A stretch of DNA of 64,000 bases. Origin: Treponemataceae bacterium. GTDB lineage: Bacteria > Spirochaetota > Spirochaetia > Treponematales > Rectinemataceae. The stretch is from the NCBI GenBank assembly GCA_963678065.2, contig CAXXVZ010000005.1:416001-480000 (forward strand). The letters are read 5' to 3'. Shown piece after piece: positions 9,497 through 19,719 of the stretch. Position numbers and translations under genes: made by a program. Every line of letters starts with the position of its first letter. The stretch's first letter is position 1. The notes beneath the pieces are model-generated. The model was given only the letters and a program-made list of their open reading frames with translations, had not been told where the DNA came from and did no database searches.

Positions 9497-9748
9497 GGCT
9501 TTCCATCCTCCTTGATGGGGGAATGCGGCGGGCTCACGCGCAAAGTCTGTGCCGACCGGCGGAGCGGGCCTGCGACACTTTCAGTATACGGTCTGTTTGG
9601 TTTTTCCGCAATCATGGCATACGGAACGGTATACGAACAACGCGCGAAATTGCGCGGTCCAAGGAACCGCGCCCGCACCTGCACCAGCGCCGCGGCGTCC
9701 CGGCCGACCGACTTGCGGGCCTGTGCCCCCGGCACCTATGATAAGGAT

Positions 9749-9952
9749 GTGACGATTACACTCAATTTCGAGCAGTACAGCTGGCCCGAAGATGCCCTCA
9801 CCGTCGCCGCAATCATGGAGCGCAAGCGCTGGTCCTTCCCCCTCATCATCGTCAAGGTGAACGGGACCGTCGTGCCGCGAGAAAACTGGGGCGTTCAATC
9901 CGTGAAAGACGGCGATGCGGTCGAGATGTACCACTTGGTTTCGGGCGGCTGA
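9749..9952 (+). CDS. thiS: ThiS/MoaD-family sulfur carrier
   Basis: 67 aa; VKVNGTVV..VKDGDAVE..VSGG with C-terminal diglycine. Confidence 0.88.
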   Translation: MTITLNFEQYSWPEDALTVAAIMERKRWSFPLIIVKVNGTVVPRENWGVQSVKDGDAVEMYHLVSGG

Positions 9953-10046
9953 AGAGCTTTACGCGACACTTCCCGATCCGGCGTTCTCTTCCCGCCCTGT
10001 ACCTTGACCCTGATGCCGGACCCCGCGGCCCCGGCGCAGAGTCGCC

Positions 10047-11708
10047 TCAATACATCGGAGTGATGCCGGCCCCGATCCGATAGCCGACGCCGGCCGAGAG
10101 GGCGTACTTCGTGCCCGAGTCCCTGAAGGACAGCGAAGCGGATCCGAGGAGGATGGTCCTGGCATTGGGGCTGTAGCTCGCCGTGAGACGGAGGTCGAAT
10201 CTGTGGCTGACGGGAGCCTGGGGCCCGAGCCAGTCCTGCAGATACGGCGGCTCGCCGTAGGTCGTCTGCCCAGCCTGGGAGCCGATAATCCTGTATTCGG
10301 CCGAAAGGGAGGACTCGAGCCTCCCCGCCGCCCAGGAGAGTTCGATACGGTTCAGCCACGTGTCCGGTCCGACGGGGTCGGAGAAAAACGGGGTGACGAG
10401 GGGCCAGTACTCCTCGGAAGCCGTCATGGTCTGAAGGAAGTAGCGGGTCGTGAAGGCCTCGTTCGCCTTGGAAGCCCTCCGCCTGTAGAGATAGGTCGAG
10501 GCCAGGTAACTTTCTCCTTTCAGGAAAAGACCGCCACTGCGCTCTGCCCCTTCTCCTCGCGCGAAAGGCTCTTCTCCGGGTCCCGCGGCCCCGGAACTCG
10601 CGGCTTTGGCTCCCGCGGCAGGCAAATTCTGACCGAGACGCAGCGTATGATCGCCGCGGAGCAGTGCCGGGCGCGCGATCCTGCGAGCATCCAGGATCTT
10701 CCACTCCGTCCCCGCCATGAAGCCCATCGCCGTGGGATTGGAAGTCGATCCTTCGGCCGTCGTCTGAAAATCGTCGAGGAGGGCCTCGCCGTAGATTCGC
10801 AGAGAATCGGCCGGGCGCGCGGCGAGCTCCAGGTTGATCATGACATTCGAGTTTTCCTTGTACAGATGGTGGTAGATGAGGAAGGGGCCGACGTCGCTGA
10901 AATCCACGGAATCCCCGACGATGAGGTTGAACTCGTTGACCGCCACCGAAAACCGCCTTCCGCTCCACGAGAAGCGATGTATGAAGAGGTTTTTCTGGTC
11001 CAGACCCGGTATCGTGGTCGTTGCTGTCGTGATCGTCTTCGTCCTCTGGACATTGAGGGCGACGAAGGCGTATCCGACCTTCCCCGACCCGAGCGGCAGA
11101 TCGATGGCCCCGATGGCGTGGTCGTAGTGGGGATTCTGCGGCGACACGGTGAGCGAGTACGTTCCCGCCCCCAGCCCTATCCTGCGCCGGCCCGCTGAAA
11201 CCAGCCAGTCAGCGGATCTGAGTTCGATGTAGCCCACATTCGGATAGTTGCTTCCGAACATGATGGCCGGCGAGTCGGGGGCGAGGATGAGGTTGGACCA
11301 GCCCCCATTGCCAAGGTAGGCCCCCACATCCTGGTGCAGTTCGACGGCCATAACGGCGGAGAGACCTTTCCTGCGCATGGCGAAACCCGCCGAGAGAAAG
11401 GCAGGCCTGTCCGCGAAGGCCGCGAGCTCTTCGGCTGTCATGCTGCGGTCTTTCAGGCTGAAGGAATCGCGGTTCGAGAGTTCGAAGAGCGGAAAGACAT
11501 CGAAGAAAAGTCCCGCCCCGACAGCCGAGGCGAGGGAGGAAGCGGGGGAGGAGGCGATGGCGGATGCGGCGGGGGTTCCGGCAGTGCCCGGCGGTGCCGG
11601 AGCTGGTTCCGGCACCACCGTTTCCGGGTCCGCAGTCGCCATCGGCGGCAGAAGGAAGGCCATGACGAGGATGAAAGCCGCGACAGGCTGATTTTTCTGT
11701 ATTCGCAC
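10047..11708 (-). CDS. Wzi-like (capsule assembly family) outer-membrane beta-barrel, paralog 1
   Basis: Signal peptide; SAGRRRIGLG.G, NSNVM, YGEALLDD and P.GPD motifs; amphipathic beta-strand C-terminus; GGGAG RBS before GTG 11708. Confidence 0.65.
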   Translation of the reverse strand: MRIQKNQPVAAFILVMAFLLPPMATADPETVVPEPAPAPPGTAGTPAASAIASSPASSLASAVGAGLFFDVFPLFELSNRDSFSLKDRSMTAEELAAFADRPAFLSAGFAMRRKGLSAVMAVELHQDVGAYLGNGGWSNLILAPDSPAIMFGSNYPNVGYIELRSADWLVSAGRRRIGLGAGTYSLTVSPQNPHYDHAIGAIDLPLGSGKVGYAFVALNVQRTKTITTATTTIPGLDQKNLFIHRFSWSGRRFSVAVNEFNLIVGDSVDFSDVGPFLIYHHLYKENSNVMINLELAARPADSLRIYGEALLDDFQTTAEGSTSNPTAMGFMAGTEWKILDARRIARPALLRGDHTLRLGQNLPAAGAKAASSGAAGPGEEPFARGEGAERSGGLFLKGESYLASTYLYRRRASKANEAFTTRYFLQTMTASEEYWPLVTPFFSDPVGPDTWLNRIELSWAAGRLESSLSAEYRIIGSQAGQTTYGEPPYLQDWLGPQAPVSHRFDLRLTASYSPNARTILLGSASLSFRDSGTKYALSAGVGYRIGAGITPMY

Positions 11709-11757
11709 TTCAGCACTCCCTGTATTTGTGGGGCTCAAGGCCCGGTATAAAGCAGAG

Positions 11758-13263
11758 CTAACGCCGGGCCCGGGCCGCGCCGATTCCGAAACGGTAGCCG
11801 AGGCCGGCCTGGATGGACATCCTGGTCTCCGACTCCCGGAACGACAGCGAGGCCCCTCCCGTGAGGACGAGGCGATCATTGGGGGCGTACAGGGCTTTCA
11901 GGACAAAATCCAGCCTCCGGGTGACCGGGTCCTGCGGGCCGAGCCAATTCTCGGCGTAGGGATACGCAAAATACAGCTGCTCCGATTCCGCCCCGAGAAT
12001 GCGGTACTCGACCGCGGCGGCCGCTTCGAAGCCGCCGCGGTCCCAGGCAAGTTCGAGGCGGTTCAGCCAGGTGTCGGGGCCGAGAGGAGAAGAGAAGAAC
12101 GGTTCCACGAGCGGGAAGCCGAGGCTCGTGCTCGTCTGGAAAAAATAGCGCGTCGTCCAGGTTTCATAGAGGCTCGAGGCGCCTCTCCGGTACAGGTAGG
12201 TCGAAGTGAGGTAGCTCTCGGCCCTGAGCCTGAGACCTCCCGGCTCATCGCCCCCTGTATCGTCGCCGGAGAGGGCGAGCGGAGGGGCAGCGAGTCTGAC
12301 TTCGTGGTCGGCGCGGAAAAATGCGGGGCGAAGGGCGCGGGCATTTTTCAGAATGCTCCACTCGGCTCCGGCCATGAAACCCATCGCGTTCGGATTAGAA
12401 CCTGATCCTTCGCCCGGTATCTGGACGTCGTCGAGGACGAACTCGCCATACAGCCTGACGGGATCGATGGGGCGGGCCTCCGCTTCGACCTCGAACATGA
12501 CATTGCTGTTCGAGTTGAAGAGATGATGGTAGACGAGAAAAGGGCCTATGTCCTGAAGGTCCAGGCTGTCGCCGACAACGAGATTGAGTTCGCCGAGGGC
12601 GAGGGAAAAGCGCTTCGTTCTCCACGTAACCCGGTGGATGAAGACGTTTTTCTTCGACAGCCCCCACCAGCGCTGCACCCCGAGGGCGGTGAAGGAGTAG
12701 CCCAGCCTGCCCGCGTAGGCGGAGGTTCCGACGGGCGCCTCCACGCGCGCGAGGGCGTGGTCGTACCAGGGATTGTCAGCCGAGACGGCGAGTCCGTAGC
12801 TGCCGGGCCCGAGGCCGATCCTTCGCCTCCCCGCCGAGACCTGCCAGCCTTCGCCCTGCGCTTCGGCGTAGCCGACCTGCGGGTAATTGTTGCCCCACAT
12901 GAGGGTCCAGGAATCGGCGGCTTTCGGCAGGTTGGACCAGGCTCCGCCCATGAGCCAGGCGCCGATGTCCTGGTGCAGATCGATCATCATGGTGGCTTGC
13001 AGCCACCCGCGACGGATGAAGAAGCCGGCCGAGAGGAAGGCCGGCCTGTCGACGAAGGCTGACAGGTCCTCCCCCGTGGGCGTGTAGCCGGCCGGAACCG
13101 CCGGCCGGTTCGTCAACTCGAAAAGCGTGAAGAGATCGCAGAAAAGACCTGCCTCGATGGCGCCCGGCGATTTCGCCCCGCCTCCCGGATCCTGCGCTCC
13201 GACCCGGAAGACGAGAGCGAGGGCGAGAAAGAGGAAGGGGCCGGCGCGCCGCTTCGATATCAC
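11758..13263 (-). CDS. Wzi-like outer-membrane beta-barrel, paralog 2
   Basis: Colinear with paralog 1 (DRPAFLSAGF, DLHQD, GRRRIGLG, YGEFVLDD, PLGPDTWLNR). Start inferred at GTG 13263. Confidence 0.65.
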   Translation of the reverse strand: MISKRRAGPFLFLALALVFRVGAQDPGGGAKSPGAIEAGLFCDLFTLFELTNRPAVPAGYTPTGEDLSAFVDRPAFLSAGFFIRRGWLQATMMIDLHQDIGAWLMGGAWSNLPKAADSWTLMWGNNYPQVGYAEAQGEGWQVSAGRRRIGLGPGSYGLAVSADNPWYDHALARVEAPVGTSAYAGRLGYSFTALGVQRWWGLSKKNVFIHRVTWRTKRFSLALGELNLVVGDSLDLQDIGPFLVYHHLFNSNSNVMFEVEAEARPIDPVRLYGEFVLDDVQIPGEGSGSNPNAMGFMAGAEWSILKNARALRPAFFRADHEVRLAAPPLALSGDDTGGDEPGGLRLRAESYLTSTYLYRRGASSLYETWTTRYFFQTSTSLGFPLVEPFFSSPLGPDTWLNRLELAWDRGGFEAAAAVEYRILGAESEQLYFAYPYAENWLGPQDPVTRRLDFVLKALYAPNDRLVLTGGASLSFRESETRMSIQAGLGYRFGIGAARARR

Positions 13264-13291
13264 GATTCTGTCCGCGTTTGCGTGACCCGAA

Positions 13292-14905
13292 TCAGTAGTT
13301 CCAGCGAATGCCGCCGGAATAGAGGAGGGAGTCGGCCGAAACGCCGGAAACATTGCCGTAGTTCTGCCACATCGTGTATTGGACCTTGAGCTTGGCCTCG
13401 AATCCGGCGCCGATCGGCAGGACAGCGGAGAGGCCGACGCTGTCGCTGATCTGGTCGGGCTTCGCGCGGATGACGGCGAGCTTGGCGGCGTCGTAGTCGT
13501 AGTAGATGGGAACGCCGTCGGAATCGATCATGCCCATGCTGATCGGCCCCTTGATCAGGTGCTCGTAATCGAGTCCGACCGTCATGCCCTTGGGCAAAAG
13601 GACGTTCAGCCAGGCGCCCATGTGGTCGGCGTCCGGGCCGTAGGCGAAGCCGAGGGGATAGTCGACGCCGATATAGCCGCCGTTGAGGAGGTGACGCTGG
13701 TACATGGTGAGGTAGGGCTGCCAGCGGCAGTAGGCCCACTCGCTCGTGTGCGTGTACTCGCCTCCTATCGTGACGAGAAATTTGTCGACCGGCGCGAAGG
13801 AGTAGCGGCCGCCCGCCTGCCAGGCGTCCTGGGTCGGCTTGGAATCGGCGGCCTCGTCCGGCCCCTTGATGTCGTCCAGCGTGTAGTTGCCGAAGAGCAT
13901 GAGTCCCTTGAAGGGCACGAGGGACGCGTCGAGGTTGATCATGACGTTGGAGAACCCGGCGGTGTAGGCGTTGTGCCAGAAGTTGCCCGGCATGAAGTTG
14001 AGAAGGTCGGGGGTCTTGCCTCCGATGAGGTTCATCTCGCCCAGGCCAAAACGGAAGCGGTCGAAGAAGCGCGCCTCGATCTGATGGTAGGCGAAGAACT
14101 TGGCCGCCTCCGTCGTCGTCATGTAGTCGTGGTCATTGATGGGGTCCCAGATGTACCGGGTGCCGTCGCTGTCAGTCTTGAACTGGATGTCGGCCTCGTT
14201 CTGGTACAGATGCGGTGTCGTGGAGGAGAGCATCGACATGAACCTGAGGTTCTTGCCGTGGATGACTCCCTGGATCTGGTCGTACCACTCGGCCCTGCCG
14301 TTCAGGAATGTCGAACCGAAATGTCCGTTGCCGATGCCTGTCTTGAAGCGTCCAGCGGCTATCCAGGCGTTTTCGGAGGCGGCGGAGATCCAGCTTTCCT
14401 GCGGAAATTCCCAGACCGCGATGTATTGCCTGAAAATTTCGGAGGGTTTCCACGGGGCGATGAGCGTACCCGCGGAAAAGAAATCCGGCCTCAGTTTCAG
14501 ATCCATCTTCACGAGTCCCGCGACGGAATCCCCGCCGGAGAACCGGGCGCCCAGCTCGGCGAAGGGGTCGAGGGAGTCGATGAAGAGAGGCAGAGTCGGA
14601 TCGGCGCCGGGACCGGTCGTCCACGAGGGAGTCGACGAGTTTCCGGTGACGGAAGGGTCGATGGAGAACACGAGACGGGAGCGGAATCCGGGGCCGGCAA
14701 GCTTTCCTCTGTAGCCGAAACCCGTCGCGAGTTCATGGCCGGAATAGGGGAAGGCGTTGGTGTACGGCACTTCGCCCGCGAGGATGAGGTCGGCGAAGGC
14801 CCTCTGCACTTCCGTATCCGAGGGCATGAAGAGGGCCGCGCCCTGGGCGAAGGCCAGATTGGCGACGAGCGCGAGGGCGAAGAATACGAAGGCATATCGT
14901 TTCAT
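13292..14905 (-). CDS. Wzi-like outer-membrane beta-barrel, paralog 3 (divergent)
   Basis: Clear signal peptide MKRYAFVFFALALVANLAFA; AGRFKTGIG.G, FSNVM, YTLDD and PLGFAYGPD; ends GIRWNY with an aromatic terminal residue. Confidence 0.65.
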   Translation of the reverse strand: MKRYAFVFFALALVANLAFAQGAALFMPSDTEVQRAFADLILAGEVPYTNAFPYSGHELATGFGYRGKLAGPGFRSRLVFSIDPSVTGNSSTPSWTTGPGADPTLPLFIDSLDPFAELGARFSGGDSVAGLVKMDLKLRPDFFSAGTLIAPWKPSEIFRQYIAVWEFPQESWISAASENAWIAAGRFKTGIGNGHFGSTFLNGRAEWYDQIQGVIHGKNLRFMSMLSSTTPHLYQNEADIQFKTDSDGTRYIWDPINDHDYMTTTEAAKFFAYHQIEARFFDRFRFGLGEMNLIGGKTPDLLNFMPGNFWHNAYTAGFSNVMINLDASLVPFKGLMLFGNYTLDDIKGPDEAADSKPTQDAWQAGGRYSFAPVDKFLVTIGGEYTHTSEWAYCRWQPYLTMYQRHLLNGGYIGVDYPLGFAYGPDADHMGAWLNVLLPKGMTVGLDYEHLIKGPISMGMIDSDGVPIYYDYDAAKLAVIRAKPDQISDSVGLSAVLPIGAGFEAKLKVQYTMWQNYGNVSGVSADSLLYSGGIRWNY

Positions 14906-15106
14906 CGGGTTCACCTGCCAGGGTAAATTCGCAATACCCGATCATAACACAACTCCCCATACCCGGCAAACAGGTTTTCTTTTTCAAAGCCCCCCGGCAT
15001 CGATTTGAAAAACCTTCCTTCTGCGGTACATTCTATGGTGGAACGAAATGCCTGACGGTGGGAACATGAGCCCGCATGCATCGGAAAACCCTAAAGGAAG
15101 GTCGAC

Positions 15107-15532
15107 GTGAGAAAAGCTGTTGTCCTGCTGGTTCTCTTCGTGGCTGCAATTTCGATCGCCCAGGCTGATTTCCTGTGGTGGAAAACACGCGATCCCGTCA
15201 GGGACGTCGGAAAATCCGTGGGACACAGACTCACCGACGAAGAGGCGGAAATTGCGCGCTTCGGCATGACTTTCTACTGCGTAAAATTCGGCTACATCGC
15301 GGACGGAGCTTCGCTCGACGACGCGTACAGGCGGATGACCGACGACGAATATGCGTTCTCAGTGAAACAATCGGGCAAACTCTGCACGAACGGCGCGGCG
15401 AAAGGCGTTCTCAAACTGGGAAAGGTCGGGGAAAAAATCCTGAAGGCCATCATCGTGACGGCGGAGGATGCCGCCAAGGCGGCCGGCGAGTACATCGACC
15501 GGAAAGCCGAGAGCTACGACAAGCGGAAGTGA
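15107..15532 (+). CDS. Secreted hypothetical protein
   Basis: Signal peptide ending AQA; AGGAAGG RBS; helical, Lys-rich C-terminus. Confidence 0.7.
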   Translation: MRKAVVLLVLFVAAISIAQADFLWWKTRDPVRDVGKSVGHRLTDEEAEIARFGMTFYCVKFGYIADGASLDDAYRRMTDDEYAFSVKQSGKLCTNGAAKGVLKLGKVGEKILKAIIVTAEDAAKAAGEYIDRKAESYDKRK

Positions 15533-15570
15533 CATAGAAATCCTTGACTTCGTCGCGCGAGGGGGTTGCC

Positions 15571-17613
15571 GTGAACGCCTGCATGGGAAAGATACTGACA
15601 GTCGATCTGTCCAAGGGGACAGTCACCGAATTCGCGGTCCCGGACAGACTCTATGAAGCCGTGCTCGGCGGCGTGGGACTCGCGGTGTCCCTGCTCTCGG
15701 AGATGATTCCGGCAGGTGCGGAGCCCCTCGGTCCGGACAATGTTCTCGGATTCATGAGCGGGCTTCTGACTGGCTCGGGATCCATGATGACGGGACGCTG
15801 GATGGCGGTCTGCAAGTCGCCATTGACGGGAGGATGGGGAGACGCGAACTGCGGCGGCACCCTCTCGCCCGCCATAAAGCAGTGTGGCTACGACGGCATT
15901 TTTTTCATGGGGAGGGCGGAGAAACCGGTCGCGTTCATCGTCGACGAGGCCGGCCCGCGACTCGTCGACGCGACCGGGCTGTGGGGAAAGGACGCTGTCG
16001 AAACAGAGGAAGCCATCAAAGCTGCCTGGACGGGAAAGAAAAAACCGGCCGTCGCGGCGATCGGTCCCGCGGCCGAGAAACTCTCCCTCATAAGCGGAAT
16101 ATCGAACGACGGCGGCAGATACGCGGCGCGCTCCGGCGTCGGCGCGGTCATGGGTTCCAAAAACCTCAAGGCCATGGCGCTCTCAGGTTCGCAGCGGATC
16201 TCCTGCGCGGATCCCGCCGGGGTCAAAGAGCTGTCGCGGCGATACACCGCGGCCGTGCAGAAACTGAAACTGCCCGCATTCGTGAAAGGCTCCTTCATGC
16301 CCCTTCTCGGGAAAGCTCTCGGCATGAAGATGGTTTTCCCCGTCGACGGAATGCTGAGCGCCGCCATCCTCCGCAAGTGGGGAACCATCTACAACAACAC
16401 GGCCGGAGTCGTGAACGGCGATTCCCCCCTCTCGAACTGGGCAGGCTCGGTGGCCGATTACGGCCGCGACAAGTACCGGCAGCTCAATCCCGACCACATC
16501 GTCAGGCGGGAGACAAAAAAATACCACTGCTACTCCTGCGTCATCGGCTGCGGGGGGGTATGCGACACCACCGGCCTCGGAACCGCGGCGAACCACACGC
16601 ACAAGCCCGAGTATGAAACAGTCTGCGCCTTCGGCGGACTCGTCGGGAACGACAATCTCGACGCGATATTCCTCTGCAACGACCTGTGCAACCGCGCGGG
16701 CCTCGACACGATATCCGCCGGGTCGACGATCGCCTTCGCGATCGAGTGCTACGAGAGAGGGGCGATAGGCGACGACGACACCGGTGGGCTTGTCCTGCGC
16801 AAGGGCGACCCCGAATGCGTCGTGAAGCTTCTCCGCCTGATGATCGCGCGGCAGGGAATAGGCGACATTCTCGCCGACGGCGTCGCCAGGGCGGCCGCGA
16901 GGATCGGCGGCGGGACGGAAAACTACGCGATACACTCCGGGGGCCAGGAACCGGGAATGCACGATTCGCGCTTCGATCCGATGATGGGAGTCTCGTATTC
17001 CGCCGACCCGACGCCCGGACGGCACACGATATCGGCCTCCGTCTACTACAATGTGGAGCGACTCTGGGAGAAGGTTCCCGATCTTCCCAAATGCGCCCGG
17101 CCCTATCCCAAATCCGAAGAGTACGAGGCCAGCGCGCGGGAAGCGCGGAAATCCGTCGCGGGAGCATGTTTCAAGCAGCTACTCGACGCGGCGGGAGGCT
17201 GCCTCTTCGCGGCGACGACCGGCCTGGACGCGTGGCCGCTGTTCGAATACCTCAACCTAGCGACAGGGCTCGTCATGAGCCCCGCGGAGTACATGGCTAT
17301 CGGCAGGCGCATCCAGACGATGCGCCAGGCTTTCAACCTCCGTCACGGCATAGATCCGGCGCGCTTCATCATGCACGACCGCATGGCCGGCCTGCCTCCG
17401 CTCGAAAGCGGCCCTCTGCGCGGGAAGGCCGTCCCGATCCGCGACATGGTCCGGGAATATTGGAGGGCTATCGGCTGGGACCCCGAGACGGGGGCGCCGG
17501 AAGCGGAAGTCATGGAGGCCATGGGCATCGGGAAAGTCGCAGCTCTGGCCGCGGAGGCTCTGACTTCGGGAAGAGTCGTCGCGCCGGCCACCGCGACCAC
17601 CGCGGTCTCCTAA
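15571..17613 (+). CDS. aor: Aldehyde:ferredoxin oxidoreductase family, copy 2
   Basis: GKILTVDLS, KSPLTGGWGDANCGG, AARSGVGAVMGSKNLKA, CYSCVIGC, PEYET, GLDTIS and GGCLF. Confidence 0.92.
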   Translation: MNACMGKILTVDLSKGTVTEFAVPDRLYEAVLGGVGLAVSLLSEMIPAGAEPLGPDNVLGFMSGLLTGSGSMMTGRWMAVCKSPLTGGWGDANCGGTLSPAIKQCGYDGIFFMGRAEKPVAFIVDEAGPRLVDATGLWGKDAVETEEAIKAAWTGKKKPAVAAIGPAAEKLSLISGISNDGGRYAARSGVGAVMGSKNLKAMALSGSQRISCADPAGVKELSRRYTAAVQKLKLPAFVKGSFMPLLGKALGMKMVFPVDGMLSAAILRKWGTIYNNTAGVVNGDSPLSNWAGSVADYGRDKYRQLNPDHIVRRETKKYHCYSCVIGCGGVCDTTGLGTAANHTHKPEYETVCAFGGLVGNDNLDAIFLCNDLCNRAGLDTISAGSTIAFAIECYERGAIGDDDTGGLVLRKGDPECVVKLLRLMIARQGIGDILADGVARAAARIGGGTENYAIHSGGQEPGMHDSRFDPMMGVSYSADPTPGRHTISASVYYNVERLWEKVPDLPKCARPYPKSEEYEASAREARKSVAGACFKQLLDAAGGCLFAATTGLDAWPLFEYLNLATGLVMSPAEYMAIGRRIQTMRQAFNLRHGIDPARFIMHDRMAGLPPLESGPLRGKAVPIRDMVREYWRAIGWDPETGAPEAEVMEAMGIGKVAALAAEALTSGRVVAPATATTAVS

Positions 17614-17731
17614 TCGCGCGGGCCCGAAGGCGCATCCTGACCATGCCTCCGGACGGTTTTCCGCTTCCGCCGGGCCCGGAGCTGCCCATCTCTTCCCTAA
17701 GCCGCATGGATATGCAATATTTCGTGGCACG

Positions 17732-19708
17732 ATGAAAACATTCCGGGAAATACTGGCCGAAGGCTCGGCCCTTCTCTTCGACGGCGCGACGGGGACAGAA
17801 CTCTACAAGCGCGGCATCTTCATAAACCGCTGTTTTGAAGAGGCGAATCTCACGAACCGCGCCATGATCCTCGACCTGCACAGAGAGTACGCGGCGGCGG
17901 GCGCCGATGCCCTGTCCACGAACAGCTGGGGAGCCGGCTACTACAAACTCAAAGGGCACAACCTCCAGAACGATGTGTACAGGATCAATTTCGAGGCGGC
18001 GAAGATCGCCGTGCAGGCAGCCCGGGAGGCCGGGGAGAATGTCGCCCAGGGCAGGAAGTGGATAGCGGGCTCCGTCGGGCCCCTGGGCGTCCGGATGGAA
18101 CCCTTCGGGGCGATACGGGGAGAAGAGGCTTTCGCGGCCTACCGGGAACAGATTCGGGGACTCGCCGAAGGCGGCGTCGATCTCATTCTCCTCGAGACAT
18201 TCGCCGATATCGCGGAGGCCCAAGAGGCCATGAGGGCGGCCCGCGCCGTTGCTCCTGCCCTTCCTGTCTTTGTCTGTCTGACGCTGGACCTTTCGGGGAA
18301 GCTCGCCCTCGGTCCCTCCCTCGAGGAGGCGATGGGCCGGCTCGTGGCAGACGGCGCGGACGCGGTCGGGCTCAACTGTTCGGTCGGACCCCAGCCGATG
18401 CTCTCCGCCATCAAGAGAGTCAGGGAACTCGTCGACCTTCCCGTCATCGTGCAGCCGAACGCGGGGCTCCCGAAGGAAGTCGACGGGCGGACGATCTACA
18501 TGTCGACGCCCGAGTATTTCGCGCAGTACACGAAGTACTTCCTCCAGGAAGGCGTCAGATTCGTGGGGGGCTGCTGCGGAACGTCGCCTGAGCATACGCG
18601 GGCCATGGCCCAGACCATGCGCCAGTTCCGGGCGATGAGCCAGGACAGAAACGCGGACAGACTCGGCGGAGACGGCGCCGCGGATACGGTGCAGGCCGGG
18701 TCCCGCCTCGCGGCGCGGCCGGTGTCACATGGCCCGACCTCCGCGCGGGAAACCGCGGCCACGGGGACTGCGGGCGCAAAGAAGAGCCCCGAGCCCGCGG
18801 CGCAGCGCCTCCCCTTCGCAGAGAAGTCGAACTGGGCGGCGAAGCTCGCGCGCGGCGAAAAAGTCTACACCATCGAGCTTCTGCCGCCATCGGGCATCGC
18901 CCCGGACAAGCTCCTCGAGAACGCGCGGCAGGTGAAAGCCGCCGGCATCGACGCGATCAACATTCCGGACGGGCCGCGCGCGAGTTCGCGCATGAGCACG
19001 ATCGTGACCGCCATCATGATCGAGCAGAGGGTCGGCATCGAGACAATCCTCCATTATACCTGCCGCGACAGGAATCTCATCGGCATGCAGTCCGACATGC
19101 TCGGCGCGCACGCGATAGGACTCAGAAACATCCTCCTCATCACGGGCGACCCGCCGAAGATGGGCGACTACCCGAACGCCACCGGCGTCTTCGACATCGA
19201 CGCAATCGGTCTGACAAGAATGGTCCACCGCCTCAACGGCGGCGTCGACATCGGAGGAAGGCCCATCGGCGCGCCGACAGCCCTGTCGAACGGAGTCGGG
19301 GTGAATCCCGTCCACCGCGATTTCGACTACGAGATGGAGCGATTCCTGAAAAAGGTCGAGGCGGGGGCCGAGTGGGCGATAACCCAGCCTGTCTTCGACA
19401 TAGGCGCCATGGAGAAATTCCTCTCGTTCTTGGTCAGGCACAATCTGAAGATTCCGATCGTCATGGGCATCTGGCCGCTCACGAGCCTGCGGAACGCGCA
19501 ATTCATGAACAACGAGGTGCCCGGCATCGAGATTCCGGAATCGACGCTTGCGCGGATGGCGCGGGCATGCTCCCCGCAGGAGGCGCGCGACGAGGGGGTC
19601 GCGATCGCGCGCGAGCTCTGCGAAGCCCTGACGGGCTCGATACAGGGCGTCCAGCTCTCCGCCCCCTTCGGGCGCATCGATCTCGCCCTCAGGGTAATCG
19701 GGAAATAG
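17732..19708 (+). CDS. yitJ: Bifunctional homocysteine S-methyltransferase / methylenetetrahydrofolate reductase
   Basis: [19 protein letters not shown] and GGCCG (Hcy-MT domain), followed by [25 protein letters not shown] and ITQP (MTHFR domain). Confidence 0.92.
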   Translation: MKTFREILAEGSALLFDGATGTELYKRGIFINRCFEEANLTNRAMILDLHREYAAAGADALSTNSWGAGYYKLKGHNLQNDVYRINFEAAKIAVQAAREAGENVAQGRKWIAGSVGPLGVRMEPFGAIRGEEAFAAYREQIRGLAEGGVDLILLETFADIAEAQEAMRAARAVAPALPVFVCLTLDLSGKLALGPSLEEAMGRLVADGADAVGLNCSVGPQPMLSAIKRVRELVDLPVIVQPNAGLPKEVDGRTIYMSTPEYFAQYTKYFLQEGVRFVGGCCGTSPEHTRAMAQTMRQFRAMSQDRNADRLGGDGAADTVQAGSRLAARPVSHGPTSARETAATGTAGAKKSPEPAAQRLPFAEKSNWAAKLARGEKVYTIELLPPSGIAPDKLLENARQVKAAGIDAINIPDGPRASSRMSTIVTAIMIEQRVGIETILHYTCRDRNLIGMQSDMLGAHAIGLRNILLITGDPPKMGDYPNATGVFDIDAIGLTRMVHRLNGGVDIGGRPIGAPTALSNGVGVNPVHRDFDYEMERFLKKVEAGAEWAITQPVFDIGAMEKFLSFLVRHNLKIPIVMGIWPLTSLRNAQFMNNEVPGIEIPESTLARMARACSPQEARDEGVAIARELCEALTGSIQGVQLSAPFGRIDLALRVIGK

Positions 19709-19719
19709 GGGGAAGGACA

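Noticed and set aside
14960..15015. GGCAAAC...CAAAGC.CCCGG resembling a c-di-GMP-I riboswitch
   Set aside because: It lacks the GAAA-tetraloop P2 stem and the GACGCAAA context; the intervening sequence is a T-run. An Rfam scan would settle it.
17613..17732. Possible SAM riboswitch upstream of yitJ-metH
   Set aside because: No SAM-I core (ATC.AGAG..GA.GGA..GGCCC..GCAACC) was found, and the region is short.
19372..19719. ORF-track N-terminal extensions (metH from 19372; also 56097-58439, 27162-29003 and 6717-9170)
   Set aside because: They overlap upstream genes in another frame. Real starts with an RBS or stop/start coupling lie downstream, so these are not fusions.
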